This document shows, piece by piece, positions 30,510 to 47,321 of a DNA stretch of 64,000 nt. Source of the DNA: the human T2T-CHM13v2.0 reference genome, Homo sapiens. The notes under the pieces were generated by a model, which made no database searches, was not told the origin of the DNA, and saw nothing but the letters and a program-made list of their open reading frames with translations. The DNA lies in assembly GCF_009914755.1 (NCBI RefSeq), contig NC_060933.1; one strand, written 5' to 3'. Numbering within the stretch: position 1 is the stretch's first letter; every line of letters starts with the position of its first letter. The translations under genes and the position numbers were made by a program.

Positions 30510-30730
30510 ACGTGCTTTCTCACAGCTGCCATATATTCTCATGTAATCTTTACAACCGCTCTACAAGGTATGTCTAATTATTTCCATTTTACTTATTGAG
30601 AATCTAGGCTCAGAGGAGTTAAAATTCTGAAAATCTCACCGATAAGTTGGAGAATTTAAGTTTGTAAGTTGGAGAATGCAGGTTTTCTGACTCCAAATCT
30701 AGTGCTCAGTCCATGAGACAAAACTGCCTC
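30510..30730 (-). mobile_element. MIR
   Basis: taatctttacaacc...ccattttac...ggctcagaggagttaa...ctgactccaaatctagtgctc. Confidence 0.65.
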
Positions 30731-31178
30731 CTGGAGGCCATGGAAGTCCATTAACTTTAAGAAAGTTAAACACAGTTTTGGTTTGTTTGGCAAATATTTC
30801 ATCTCTCAAGCCATACTGTGTCACCCCTCCATGTATTCTCTTACTAAATGATTGCTCACTTGGGAACTTAATCGTTCCTGGAAAGCCTGGCGGTTCCCCA
30901 GTATTTTCTGCCTACTGGGAACCTTCTGTCTTTATCCAATAAGTAATTTATATTACCTGTCATCTACCTTAAAGGGCAGATGGTCATGTGAATTTATTCT
31001 AATGAAAGTTAGTTTACAAGCTGCACCTGTTTTGACATTGGACTCACTGCTTAAAAAGTAAAGGAGTTCCTAACTTACGCAACAATTACATGCTCAGGTT
31101 TTTTACTTTTGCCATTTAATTTTGGTCAGAGGATTTTTATAATCTGTAGGCTATAGCACTGTCATAGAAAAATATACC

Positions 31179-31424
31179 TTTTTTTTTTTTTGAGACTCAG
31201 GAGTCTCACTCTGTTGCCCAGGCTGGAGTGCAGTGGTGCAATCTCTGCCTCCTGGGTTCAAGCCATCCTCCTGCCTCAGTCTCCCAAGTAGCTGGGATTA
31301 CAAGCGTGTGCCACCACGCTCGGCTAATTTTTGTATTTTTAGTGGAGATGGGGTTTCATCATGTTGGCCAGGCTGGTCTCGAACTCCGACCTCAGTGATC
31401 CACCTGCCTCGGCCTCCCAAAGTG
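31179..31424 (-). mobile_element. 5'-truncated Alu (AluS-like)
   Basis: Antisense Alu; TSD gaaaaatatac. Confidence 0.9.
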
Positions 31425-32398
31425 GAAAAATATACTTATTTACTCGTTTTCTGTTCTTTTTTCCTTTATCGGGGCATATTTATTTTCTCTTTGGAGACTT
31501 ACAAAGCAATAGGTTATATGAAACTCTGAGATCATCTAGTCAAATTCCCCCATTTTATCAATAAGGAAATTTAAGGCCAGAGATATTAAAGGGCCCATCC
31601 AAGATCAGCCAAACAATAAGTAATAGATTCAGGACTAGAGAGTTAGTCCAGAACTCTCTCCTCCATATCACAGCTGAGAAGATTTAGATTTTTTTAAATT
31701 AATAGAGCTGCATCTGGCAAAATGACATCCGGCTCACAGAAGACCCTAGTGAGCTTCTTGTACCTTCCCAGAAAAACCCAGAAGAAGGCCAAATCTCAAT
31801 TCTAGAATCTAGAAGGAATTGATGTAATTTATGAGGCATATGGAGGTAGCTTGGGGCAAAAGTTTCCAAGTAGCTCAATTCCTGGCTTACTTCATGAAAC
31901 AGGCCCTGTGAAATTAAAAACATGAAAGCTATTTAGTACTTGTCCTCTTCCCCAATCATGCCTGTCACCTTACTCGGAGTCAGAGCTCCTGAGCCAGAGA
32001 AATACTAGCTGATGCTTATTACACCGGGAAGAGAAAAAGTTCATATCCACCCTCTCTTCTTTCTCCCCAACCCACTTCCTCTTCATTCAATCCCACATAA
32101 ATCTTAGAGCTAAAACAGGAGCAGAAAGCAGAGAAGGACTATTAGACCTATGGTGGCATCCCAAGAATAAAGCCCTTTAGGTGAAGGTAGAAACAATAAA
32201 TACCTGAGTAGCAGAACACGCAAATATTATGATTTTTTATGTATGATGTTGGGTTCAGAGACCCATAAAATCAGGCAATAGGAAGGAAAAGGATGCTGCT
32301 TCAATAGAAAAGTAAACTAGAAATTGGACTTGGAAATATGTTCATCACCTTACCATTGACCTGGGATTTAACTGAAAAAGGGATTCAACAAACATTCA

Positions 32399-32911
<513 letters not shown>

Positions 32912-34609
32912 TTATATGTTAAGATACATAATTTTTTAGTTATGATAACCATCCAGGAAATATATGAGCTATGTAATAGTCTTACAAAGATAATAAGTTG
33001 TACAGCAACCTACGAGGCTTGATTTAAATAAAACAATGTTTGCTTAGTATCCTAATTTCAGTGGGCTCTGGGCTATTAAATACCAGGACATTATCCACTA
33101 GAGGAAGGGTATGTATGCTTTTAAATAGATAATATGGCTAGAAGCTACATATCTAAAAGCACCCGAAGTCCTCATATGAATAGGCTAAATTAATACAATA
33201 AGGTGTAATAAATGCCATACCACAGCATCATGTTTCTTCATTTTTATTACCGAAATAATGCATGATAATTATTAGAAAATTCAGGTATGTCTTTACAAAT
33301 AAAATATAAATTGCTCTTGATTTTCCCCACCATCATTTAAAACACTCTATCCTGAAAGAGTCCACTGCTTCCAAGTGAGAAAAGCCAAGGAGTCCCCTGC
33401 GTTGGGGGTGTAATAACCTAGACTAGAGCTTATAGACTGAAGCCCATGTGCTTCTCCATGCTCAAACGCAGAACTAAAAATGGGTATAAAGTCAGAAAAT
33501 TGCAGAATATAAGTCTGCGTTTCAAAAAGCAATCAGGAAAAAACAAACAAAAAACTTGTTTTAGAATACAAATGCAAGAAAAGTTCAATTTCAACAGCAG
33601 AAAGATGGCCTGGGGCAGTGAGGTGCTTTCCTTAGCTGTACTTGAAGTTTTATGGAACGCCATTTAAATTCAGACATCAAGGGAATGAATGCAGTTTTAA
33701 AAATCTGAATTATTTCTGGAGTCTACAATGTCAGTGTTAGAACTAATGCTGGGTTGTTTTGTTTTTTCATTTGCTTGCACTGGAAGGCCTTGAAAACACA
33801 CAGGAGTGTAGAGTATCGTCAGCTCTGATGCTCAGTTTCTTCCTGGCAATAGAATGGTTTTATCTGTGCCCCAAGCTTTTGCCAATTTAAACTCTAAACT
33901 AAATTTTCAATGACACCAGCATGTTTGCTTTAAATTTAGCAATAGAATAGGCAATGGACTGCTTTGCATTTCCTTAGTTTTTCATTCTGAAACAGAGCAA
34001 AACATCTTCCCAAAGAGATGGAGACAATCTCTTCTGGGTAGATTCCAAGTATAACCTGTCCCAGGGTCCTCTTGCTCAGCTGTGACTAACAAAAGTCTGT
34101 TCAATTTAACTACTTAGATAAGAAGCGCAATGCTTTTATTTAAAAATTTAATATTTTCTATGGGGCTGTATTTTCCAAATAATAGCAACAAAACTGTCCT
34201 AACGTTTTCACTGTTCTGTAATTTTGTTTTAATATAGAGGATACCCATAATTTCTTAACACTGGAAACATCATTCTGAACGATGTAGGAAGCGGTCAGTA
34301 ACGTGAATGATGTTATTGTACCGTCTCCAGCTTTTTCCTTCTTCCCCCAGATGGTCGCACCTGTGCATACATCCCTGTGCATGTGGGGGCACATGAGTGG
34401 GAAAGTGGGTGTCACTCCTATTTTCTGTCCTAGAGTGTCAGCGTTGGAAGGGATTTTTTTTTGTTCCTCCAGTCCGGCCCTCTAGTTGATAGTCCAGTAG
34501 TCTGTTAACAATTTGTAAGGACCTGGGTTATATTTTAAAGGTTGTTGCTGTTGTTGTTTGGGTTCACTTATGTATATGCAGCTTGACTGTTCAACCCAGA
34601 TTTTTAAAC

Positions 34610-34615
34610 AATAAA
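34610..34615 (+). terminator. Candidate distal poly(A) signal of KIAA1958
   Basis: AATAAA with an upstream TGTA (tatgtatatg) and a downstream U-rich tract (tactttctgttttcttag...). Confidence 0.55.
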
Positions 34616-35052
34616 AAAATTTAATGTATACTTTCTGTTTTCTTAGCTTAGTTATTTTAACTTAATCAGCAGCATGTCTGGTTTCTGAATAGTTTTTTAG
34701 TGTCACATTCCTGGAGGTAATGTTTGTCTTTGTAGTTTGCGATGTTAGGACATATGAGAATTCCACACCCATATTCTGTGCCTCTGAGCCAATCCTCTGG
34801 GTGAAATAGTTGTTCCAGCAGAGTTCCCTCTGGTTTTCTGACTGAGATTTGCCTCACTGGGCAGGCTTGAGGTCCCATTTGGGATGGTGTCATGGTGATT
34901 TTATATTGACCATCATGTACATGCCGCTAATTAATGTTTTTCTGCTCTTTAAATGATTATTTATGGCTTTTGGAGACTACATTTAATTCTCAAAACTTTT
35001 AATGTAGAAATTTACTGTTCTGTATATAGAGCAGTTAAAAAATAATTTCTAA

Positions 35053-35391
<339 letters not shown>

Positions 35392-36783
35392 TGAGGTATA
35401 TTCTAAATTATTTAAGCATTTCCTTCAAAATAATCCGGAGGCATAGAGTACATGGAGGCATAGATGAAGTGTAAATTGGCCTTGAGCAGATAATTGTTAA
35501 ATTATCTGTGATGAGTATGTGAGGGTTCATTACGCTCTTGCCTGTTCTTTCCTATATGTTTAAAATTTTCCGTTAAGGAAAATGTAAAACAAAACAAAAA
35601 GCTCCTGTACTACAGATTCCACAAGCCTCCTCATCGATCTCACAGAATCTTCTAGCTAAAAGGAGAGACATGAGAAGATGATGCTGACAAGAGCAGATCG
35701 CAGGTCGATTTTCCAGGTGAGCACGCTGGGTGGTGCCAGTGACGATAAGAGCCAGTGGAGTTGAAGCCATTGCTTTGAACTTGGCCTCATTTGTACCGAC
35801 CACAGGGTGGAACCTGGGAACACATTCTCTCCCTTGAATGCAGACAGTAAGCAGATCTGTGGAAATCTTGGGGTTGATCCCAGCAGGCCTAAGAGAACCA
35901 CAGTTACGACGCCCAGACTGAGATGGGACCCAGTCACGCTGTGAAGATGGCAAACTGAGCCAGGAGGTCCAAGGGGCTGGAATGGCACATGGCCTTATCC
36001 TCCGCCTCTGGGACAAACGCTCCTGGGGAGCGCTAGTGGGGCATGAGGTAGATGCCTCAGGGCCCCTGGGTGCCTGGCGTCCCCACCCTCATTGATGTGT
36101 CACGACACTGCCTCCCCAGGCCTGAAGGGGTCTCGTGACCAATATGTCCTGGCGTATTTTAGAAGATGTGTGTCCCCGTCTTTCCATCCCTCCCCACTAC
36201 ATTTCCTTTTCCTTCTCTTCCTTTCAGTTTCCCTGTTTTATTCCTTCCTCTGCCTAGGAGAGTTTTCATCACCATCTTTCCTAGTTAGACACCAGGGACA
36301 GACATGAAAGACATTAAGCAAGATGTATTTCAGCAATAAACAACATTCCTGTATTTCTCAGGGGATCCCAAAGAAATAAGGATGAGAAATAAAAATTCCT
36401 GCTGGGGTATTTACAGTGTACTCAGCTGCTGAAGTGTTCAAAATGCAATCAAGGAAGTAATTTAGCACGTTTCTAATATACTTAACTATGGCAATCATGT
36501 TGAAGAGTTTGGCCAGATTCAAAGAATGCAGTGAATCTTTTAGGACATTATTAAAGAATCTAAAGCCCACCGATAACAAGTACATTTTTGACAGTTACTA
36601 GTTAATAAATATTTGTGCTTTGTTGTTGTGTGTCCTTGGATAATGGCCCAGAATTGAAAGGATATGATCTGACCTCCCCACTAGGCAGGGAAAACTATGT
36701 TTCAGATGTTTCCTTTTGTTCCGTATTCTCAGTACATGTGCAGACTACTCGGTGTAGGTCAGTACCATGGATTCCTCTTTCTT

Positions 36784-37078
<295 letters not shown>

Positions 37079-37341
37079 GGATTCCTCTTGCTCTCTCATT
37101 ACTTCTCAGTGTAAACTATCCACCCAGGGCACTGTCGCCCAAGGGTCAGTCATTTATGTAGTACCTTCACAACGTTTGTGATAACTGAGTCCACTTGTCC
37201 TATTATTTATTTGATATTTTCTTTAAATTGATTCATTTTTACTTGAATTCATATTAAAGCAAGGAATAAGAATATTAATACATACAAAGCACTTAAAACA
37301 ATGCCTGGTACAGAGTAACTGTCTAGAAAAAATAGTAACTA

Positions 37342-37632
37342 GGCTGGGTGCGGTGACTCATGCCTGTAATCCCAACACTTTGGGAGGCTGAGGTAGGAGG
37401 ATCACTTGAGCCCAGGAATTTGAGACCAGCCTCAGCAACATTGTGAGACCCCCATCTCCACAGAAAATTAAAAATTAATCAGGTCTGGTGGCATGCATGT
37501 TTATTCCTAGCTACTCAGGAGGCTGAGGTGGGAGGATCGCTTGAGCTGGGGAAGTTGAGGCTGCAGTGAACTGAGATTATACCAGTTCACTCCAGCCTGG
37601 GGGACAGTGTGAGATCCTGCCAAAAAAAAAAG
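37342..37632 (+). mobile_element. Alu (AluJ-like)
   Basis: Alu consensus. Confidence 0.9.
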
Positions 37633-37636
37633 AGGG

Positions 37637-37984
<348 letters not shown>

Positions 37985-38325
37985 CTATGGTTATTATTTA
38001 TATTACTATATAAATGCTATATTACTTGCAATAAATATAACTACATAACTATTAAAAGTGTTTGCCCATATGTACTCCAAGAGTTACTTCTTAGGATCAC
38101 CAGTGGCACTTTGGGAAATAGCTCCCCCACTCCCTGAAATGCTCTTCTCCTTGGTTTCCACGCGAGCTTAAGTATCACTGTCTTCAGGTTTTTCTGCAGC
38201 ATCTCTGGATTCTTTCTCTGGCTCCTCATCCTATGATGTTCTCATTTATATGGATTCAATTTTATACGCTTTCTCAGGACAGTTTCCTCCACTTCCATGG
38301 CCTTAGCATAAGTAGACCTAGATTT

Positions 38326-39677
38326 TTTTTTCTTCAACTTTTAAGTTCAGGGGTACATGTGCAGGATGTGCAGGTTTGTTACATAGGTAGATGTGTGCCA
38401 TGGTGGTTTGCTACACAGATCGTCCTATCACCTATGTATTAAGCCCAGCATCCATTAGCTCTTCTTCCTGATGCTCTCTCTCCCTCTACCCCACCCTGAC
38501 AGGCCCGAGTGTGTTGTCCCCACCACGTGTCCATGTGTTGTCATCATTCAGCTCCTACTTGTAAGTGAGAACATACCGTATCTGGTTTTCTGTTCCTGCA
38601 TTAGTTTGCTGAGGATAATGGCTTCCAGCTCTATCCATGTGTCTGCAAAGGACATGATCTTGTTCCTTTTTATGACTGCATAGTATTCCATGGTGTATAG
38701 GTACCACATTTTCTTTATCCAGTCTATCATCAATGGGCATTTAGGATGATTCCATGTCCTTGCTATTGTGAATAGTGCTGCAGTGGAGATACGCATGCAT
38801 GTATCTTTATAATAGAATAATTTATATTCCTTTGGGTATATACCCAGTAATGGGATTGCTGGGCCAAATGGTATTTTTGCCTCTAGGTCTTTGAGGAATC
38901 GCCACACTGTCTTCCACAATGGTTGAACTAATTTACATTCCCACCAACAGTGTAAAAGTGTTCCTTTTTCTCCACAACCTCACCAGCATCTATTGTTTGA
39001 CTTTTTAATAATAGCCATCCTGACTGGTGTGAGATGGTATCTCATTGTGGCTTTGATTTGCATTTCTCTAATGATCTGTGAGGTTGAGCTTTTTTTCATA
39101 TGTTTATTGGCTGCATGTGTGTCTTCTTTTAAGCAGTGTCTGTTCATGTCCTTTGCCTACTTTTTAATGTAGTTGTTTTCTTCTTGTAAATTTGTTTAAG
39201 TTCCTTGTAGATTCTGGATATTAGACCTTTGTCAGATGGATATATTGCAAAAATTTTCTCCCATTCTGTAGGTTGTCTGTTCATTCTGAAGATAGTTTCT
39301 TTTGCTGTGCAGAAACACTTTAGTTTAATTAGATCCCATTTGTCAGTCTGTGCTTCTGTTGCAATTGCTTTTGGCATTTTTGTCATGAAATCTTTGTCCG
39401 TGTCTATGTCTTGAATGGTATTGCCTAGATTTTCTTCTAGGGTTTTTATAGTTTTGGGTTTTACATTTAAGTCTTTATTCCATCTTGAGTTAATTTTTGT
39501 ATATGGTGTAAGGAAGGGGTCCAGTTTCAATTTTCTGCATATGGCTAGCCAGTTCTCCCAGCACCGTTTATTAAATAGAGAATCCTTTCCCCATTGCTTG
39601 CTTTTGTCGAGTTTGTCAAAGATCAGATGGTTGTAGGTGTGTGGTCTTATTTCTGAGTTCTCTATTCTGTTCCATTG
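38326..39677 (-). mobile_element. 5'-truncated L1PA (older primate L1), about 1.35 kb
   Basis: ORFs 38548-38919 and 39144-39530 (-) are the L1 ORF2p C-terminus (WKTVWRFLKDL..., [16 protein letters not shown]...). L1PA 3' UTR present; TSD gta(g/a)acctagattt. Confidence 0.95.
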
Positions 39678-40461
39678 TAAACCTAGATTTTCTAAGCGTT
39701 TCTCAACTGGGCTTCTTCAGCTGAACCACAGAATGCAGAAAAAGACTTGAGGCCCTATTTTTTCAGTTCTTCAAGGAGAACTAGGTACATAACTAGTACC
39801 ATTCCAGATGCAGGGGAGAGACGCTCATTCATTCCAGACTGTGAAGCCTTGGGGCTTTCAGGCTTACTTCTCCAGTGGGACCCCAGTTGAAGCAGGCTCC
39901 TCAACCCCATGCCCCACCCTGTCTTTCCTTCCTAAGGAAATGGTACCTGTACCTACCTTGTTGCCCAAGCCAGAAACCTGACAGTTCATTCTAGGACCCC
40001 CCTCTTTCCTCTCCTCCTTCCTCCAAAATCAATTTCCATTATCTAATCATTCTATCTACTTTTGAATCTCTTCCCTTCTCATTCTCCTCACTGCCACCAA
40101 CTTGGTCAGCCCACACCATTTTGCCCAATTATTATTCAGAAGCTGCCTGAGTGGCTTCCTTGCCTCTTGCCTCCACCAGTCCCTCCCCAGCTGCCTCCTA
40201 GAAAAGCCTCACAGCACACAAGTCTTATTCTATCATTTCTTCCTTCCTGGCTCACCAAAGCCTTTCTGATAAAGCTCCACATTGGCCATGTGGACTGCCG
40301 GATCTTGCATTTACACCATGCCCTCCCTTCTCCTGCCCTTCTCTCCCACCTGCTCCTCTGCCGACACACCCTGCTCTCGTAAAACTCATGCTTCTTCTTC
40401 AGTTCTCATCTGGCACACGATATATGCGAGCTCCTCCTGACAGGCAGGCTAGGCCTCTTAG

Positions 40462-40914
<453 letters not shown>

Positions 40915-41009
40915 GGCCATTGGCCATTCTCAGTAGACCAGCAACCTCTCCACAGAAGAGCTAAATAACACTAAGAGAAAAAGGGAACTTGCGTGTTAAA
41001 ATTCGAGGA

Positions 41010-41609
<600 letters not shown>

Positions 41610-41613
41610 TTCA

Positions 41614-41948
<335 letters not shown>

Positions 41949-42109
41949 TCAGAGAAAGTATACATTAAAATTCAAGGTGAAAAAACATTCACTTTGCCTG
42001 TTTTGTTTGTTCCAACGAATAGACTCATCTCATAATATTCTGTATATTTGTAACCCATTGTAAAGATGTTGCCTATTACTCTTAGTGAGGTGGACACTCT
42101 AATTAGAAT

Positions 42110-42900
42110 TTTTATTAAATTTTATTGTGGTAACATACACATAAAATTTACCATCTTAACCATTTTTAAGTGTACAGTTCAGTGGCATTCAGTACATTCA
42201 CATTGCTGTGTGACTGACACTACTATCTATCCATCTCCAGAACCTTTTCGTCTTGTACTGAAAACCTGCACCCATTAAACAGTAACTCCTCATTCTCCCC
42301 TTCCCTCAGTGCCTGGCCACTGTTTACTTTCTATGAATTTGACTACTCTAGGTACCTCATGTATATGCAATCATACAATATTTGTCCCACATGTCTTACA
42401 GGTTCATCCATCTTGTTGCATGTATCTGAATGTCATTCCTTTTCAAGGCTGAATAATATTCCATCTCATGGATATACCACATTTTGTTTAACCATTCATC
42501 TGTTGATGAACATTTGGGTTGCTTCTATCTTTTGACTATTGTGAATAATGCTGCTGTGAACAGGGTGTACAAATATCTGTGCAAGTCCCTGCTTTCAGTT
42601 CTTCTGGGTATATGCCCAGAAGTGGAATTGCTGGATCAAATGATGATAATTCTAAGTTTAATTTTTTGAGGAACCACCATACTGTTTCCACAGAGGGTGT
42701 ACCATTTTACATCCCTACCAACAGTGCACAGGGGTTCCAGTATTTCCACATCCTCACCAACATTTGTTATTTTCTGGTTTTTTATTTTATTTTAATAGTA
42801 GCCATCCTAAGAAGTGGGGAGTGGAACCTCACTTTGGTTTTGATTGGCTTTTCCCTAATGATTAGCAATGTTGACCATCTTTTCATGTGCCTTACTTATT
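42110..42900 (-). mobile_element. L1MB-like 3' end
   Basis: ttttattgtggtaacatacacataaaatttaccatcttaaccatttttaagtgtacagttcagtggcatt. Confidence 0.85.
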
Positions 42901-43326
42901 TTTAAAAGATCACTCTGGAGGCTGTGTTGAATGTTGTTAACTGTAGGGTGATGGGATGGAGGGCAGGGGAAAAAACATGGAAGGTGGAAGACTATTTACA
43001 AGGCTATTGCAGTATTCTAGCCAAATAATTATGGCGGCTTGGAACAAGATGACAGTGGTGGAGGTGGTAAGAGTTCATGGGACTCTGGATGTATTTTGAG
43101 GCCAGGGCTGATAGAATTGAAAGAGGAATGTGAAAGAAAGAAAAGTCTAGAATGACTCCTATCTTTATGCCCATGCAAATGGCCATTTACTGAGATGGAG
43201 AATGCTGGAAGAATAGTATGCTGGGAGGGTGATATCTCACCCACCCTTATGGGATATGCCATATCATGGGAGGGTGAGATACCCTGCCATATCATGGGAG
43301 GGTGAGATATCAAGAACCCAATTTTA

Positions 43327-43672
43327 GGCTGGGCACAGTGGTTCACACCTACAATACCGTTATCTAAAATGGGATTATGTAAAATGCTACAATCCCAACT
43401 TTGGGAGGCCAACGTGGGAGGATTGCTTGATCCCAGGAGTTCAAGACTAGCCTGGGAAATGTAGTGGGACCCTGTCTCTAAAAAAAAAAAAAAAATTTAA
43501 TTAGGTGTGTTGGTGCATGCCTGTAGTCCCAGCTACTTGGGAGGCTGAGGTGGGAGGATCACCTGAGCTCAGGAGGTCAAGGATGCAGTGAGCCACAATC
43601 ATCACACCACTGCATTCTAGCATGGGTGACAGAGTGAGACCCTGTCTCAAAAAACAGAACAAAACAAAAAAA
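43327..43672 (+). mobile_element. Alu (AluJ-like) with a ~38-bp insertion near the 5' end
   Basis: Alu consensus interrupted at about 43356-43393. Confidence 0.88.
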
Positions 43673-43823
43673 CACCAGTTATCTTGATTCCCTGCCAACG
43701 CACCAAAAAAAAAAAAATTCCAGTGAACATGTAGACATGTAAGTTTGGATCCCTATTGGACTTCCACGTGGAGATGCTGACAATACATGCTGACAATAGG
43801 TACAAGAGTCTGGAGATCAAGGG

Positions 43824-44356
43824 TGTTTCTGTTATCTTTTGCTGCACAATAACCTTCCCTAAAACTCAGGAGTTTAGAACAGCAACAATTTCTTATTTCT
43901 TACAACTCTGTGGGTTGACTGCATTCAGCTGGTCAGTTCTGCTCTATGTGGCATGAGTTGGGGTTGCTCATCTGGCTGCATTCAGCTGGTGGCTGGGCTG
44001 AACAGAAAGGTCCAAGAAGGCTTCACTCACATTTCTGGCACCTCAGTGCTCCATGTGACATCTCCACATAGTTAGCTTGGGCTTCCTCACAGCATGGCGG
44101 TCACAGGGAGTCAGATGTGTTACATAGTGACTGGTTCTCCACAGAGGACAAGAGCAGAAGCTGTCAGGCCTCTTCAAGCTAGGTCTAAACTGACATAGCA
44201 TCTCTTCTGCCATATCCTATTTGTCAAAACAGGTCACAAGGCCAGCACATATGTGAGGGAAGGAAAACAGACTCCACTTTTTGATGAGAACAGTGGCATA
44301 TGTTGACAGGGATGGGAGAAATTGATGGCAGCCATCTTTGGAGACTGCCCACCACA
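43824..44356. mobile_element. MaLR LTR (MLT1H-like)
   Basis: gttatcttttgctgcacaataacc...ggccagc...gactccactttttgatg...gccatctttggagactgcccaccaca. Confidence 0.75.
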
Positions 44357-45430
44357 GAGTGGGGTATCAGGGTTGGTGATATACGCTTGAAAGTAATCAA
44401 AAGATAGTTGGTACCTAAAAGCCATGCTACTGGATAAGATTACTCAGGGAATGACTGTAGATAGAGAAGAGATGAAAAGGCTAATCTCTAGGCTATTCCA
44501 GCGTTTTGCACTTGGAAGGAGAAACCAGCAAATGACCATGAGAAGGAACAACCAGTAAGGTGGGAGGAAAACCAGGAGAGTGTGGTGTTGATGAAGTCAA
44601 GTGGGACAGCGTTTCAAGAAGGAGAGGGGGTGATCAGTTGTGTAAAATGCTAAGAGTTCAAGTAAGATAGAGATGAAAACTGACCATTGGATTTGGCCAA
44701 GTGGAGATGACTGGCAGTTTTCCAAGGATAATTTCAGTGAGTCTGTGGAGACAGAAGCTTGACTGGAGTGGGCTCCAGAGACAACGGGATGAGAGGATCT
44801 GGAGATGGGCAGCATAGACAACTCTTGGCGGGAGTTATACAGGAATGCAGAGGAATAGGGCAGTAATGGAATGGGATGCAGAGCAAGGGAAGACACAGTA
44901 GACAGCCTTCAAAAGGAGCGTGAACCATTCATCCGTGACAGTAAGAAAGGCAGCGTATATGGTCACAAGTGCAGGAGGAGAGGTTAGATGGGGTGGTGGG
45001 AGGTGCTATAGAGAGTAAATACAGTCTGGTGGTGATGGGCCAGATTAGACCAGGCTTGAAAAAGACATAAGATCATTGGGAGGGCTTTTAATAGGTGCAA
45101 ATATATAAGCCAAAAGCATGAGCCTGTGGAAAGATAGAAAGTAACTGACAATGTGAAATCTCAAGGTATGTGGCTACAGAAGAGGATGCAGAAATGATGG
45201 GAAGAAGGGTAGGGATATACAGTTTCAGCTTCAGGGAAGGGCCAGAGTGTGGTGACCGCAGAGAGGAGAAGGCAGCCTTGAGGTGCAGAGGATGTCAAGG
45301 ACCTGAGAGGAGGAGCGTATTGTTCAGCTCACACCAAGGTGGCTGTCAATGCAATGTCCCCAGGATAGCAGCAGGAGTAATGCAGAGGAGCTGAAGCTGA
45401 TGAAAGAGTCAGGGTCCTGAGGGGATATGA

Positions 45431-45787
<357 letters not shown>

Positions 45788-46319
45788 TGGCCTGGCTTTT
45801 TTTAAGCAGGGAGGAGACATGCGTTTTTAAGAAGTGAATTCTGAAATGAAGTTAAAACAATATTCTGGAGTGGCAACGGTGAGTGGGCCAGAAACTAGCT
45901 GAATCTACAGCCAGAAGGCAAACATATCAGCTTACCTCCTCCTGAGAGGTACCAAAGACCTACAGATTTCCTGAGAAAGCAGGGTATCAGGAAGAAGAGT
46001 GGAGACAAAGGGGACAGTGGGAATGACTTGGAAATACTAGAGATATTTTGGTGATTGAACCAAAGGAATTCCAGAGATACCAAGAGGGAAATCACCAGGA
46101 AAGGCCGTGTCGTGGAAGGGTTCAGGTCAGCAGGTAGGTGCAGGGGAGATGAGTGAACAGACGCAAGGGCAAGGGAGGCAACTGACCTGGGTGGTGATTA
46201 ACAAAGGTGTCAGGAAGGCAGCAGAGGCAGCATGGTGTGGGCTTGAGGAGGGACTGGTGTACTGGAGTTTGGCTTAGATGTGTGGCTAAGAGGCTAGCAA
46301 GTTAGTACACTTCGTATGA

Positions 46320-46890
46320 GGGTAGTTCTATGACAAGTGACAAAAACCTACTTCAATCCAGCTTAAACAGTAACAAGGATTTATGACCTCCCCTCACTGG
46401 GCATTCCACAGGAAGGGGAGCTAGCACCTAGGGACTGTTGGGCTCCGCAGCCCAATGATGTCATCAAGGGCCCAGTTTCTTTGCGTTTCTCTGCTGTACC
46501 TTTTAGAGTGGTGGCTTCATTTTAAAACTTGCTCCACTTCATGGTCACAAGGTGGCTGCAAAAAACACAGGACAATCTGCTTCCTTTTGCATATCTAGAG
46601 AGGGAGTCCCTTTTGATAATGTCTCAGAAAGGTGACTGCCTCTTTTCCATAAGCGCAGCAAACCCCTCCTGGAGTCTCATTTGAGCAATGCCTCCAATCC
46701 TAAACCAATTCCTGTGGTGTGGAAATACCACATGCTGACTGGTGTGGGCACGAGTTACCTGAGGCAATCACTGTGGCAATAAGGAATGACCCTGACTGGT
46801 TCGGAGCATGTAAGGCCCATTCCTGTTGTTGGGGCACTGTTGGCTTCCCCTGAAGGACACCGGCTGTTGGGGAAGGAGCGTGGCCAATAC
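46320..46890. mobile_element. MaLR LTR (MLT1J/K-like)
   Basis: caagtgacaaaaacctac...gcttaaac, aatgatgtcatcaagg, taaaccaattcctgtgg. Confidence 0.6.
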
Positions 46891-46998
46891 AAATCTGAGT
46901 AATGTTAGGAAGTGGGAAAGTCATGCTGAATAGAGTTCTAAAATATCCACTTCACTACTTCACTGAGCTCTTGGGAAAATTAAATGAATATTTTGTGA

Positions 46999-47321
<323 letters not shown>

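Noticed and set aside
35573-36016. 147-aa minus-strand ORF, and a possible + strand exon at 35616-35716
   Set aside because: No recognisable protein similarity. The acceptor has a poor pyrimidine tract and there are no partner exons.
38548-39530. ORFs resembling a reverse-transcriptase-associated protein
   Set aside because: Broken ORF2 C-terminus of a 5'-truncated L1PA; not a host gene and not retrotransposition-competent.
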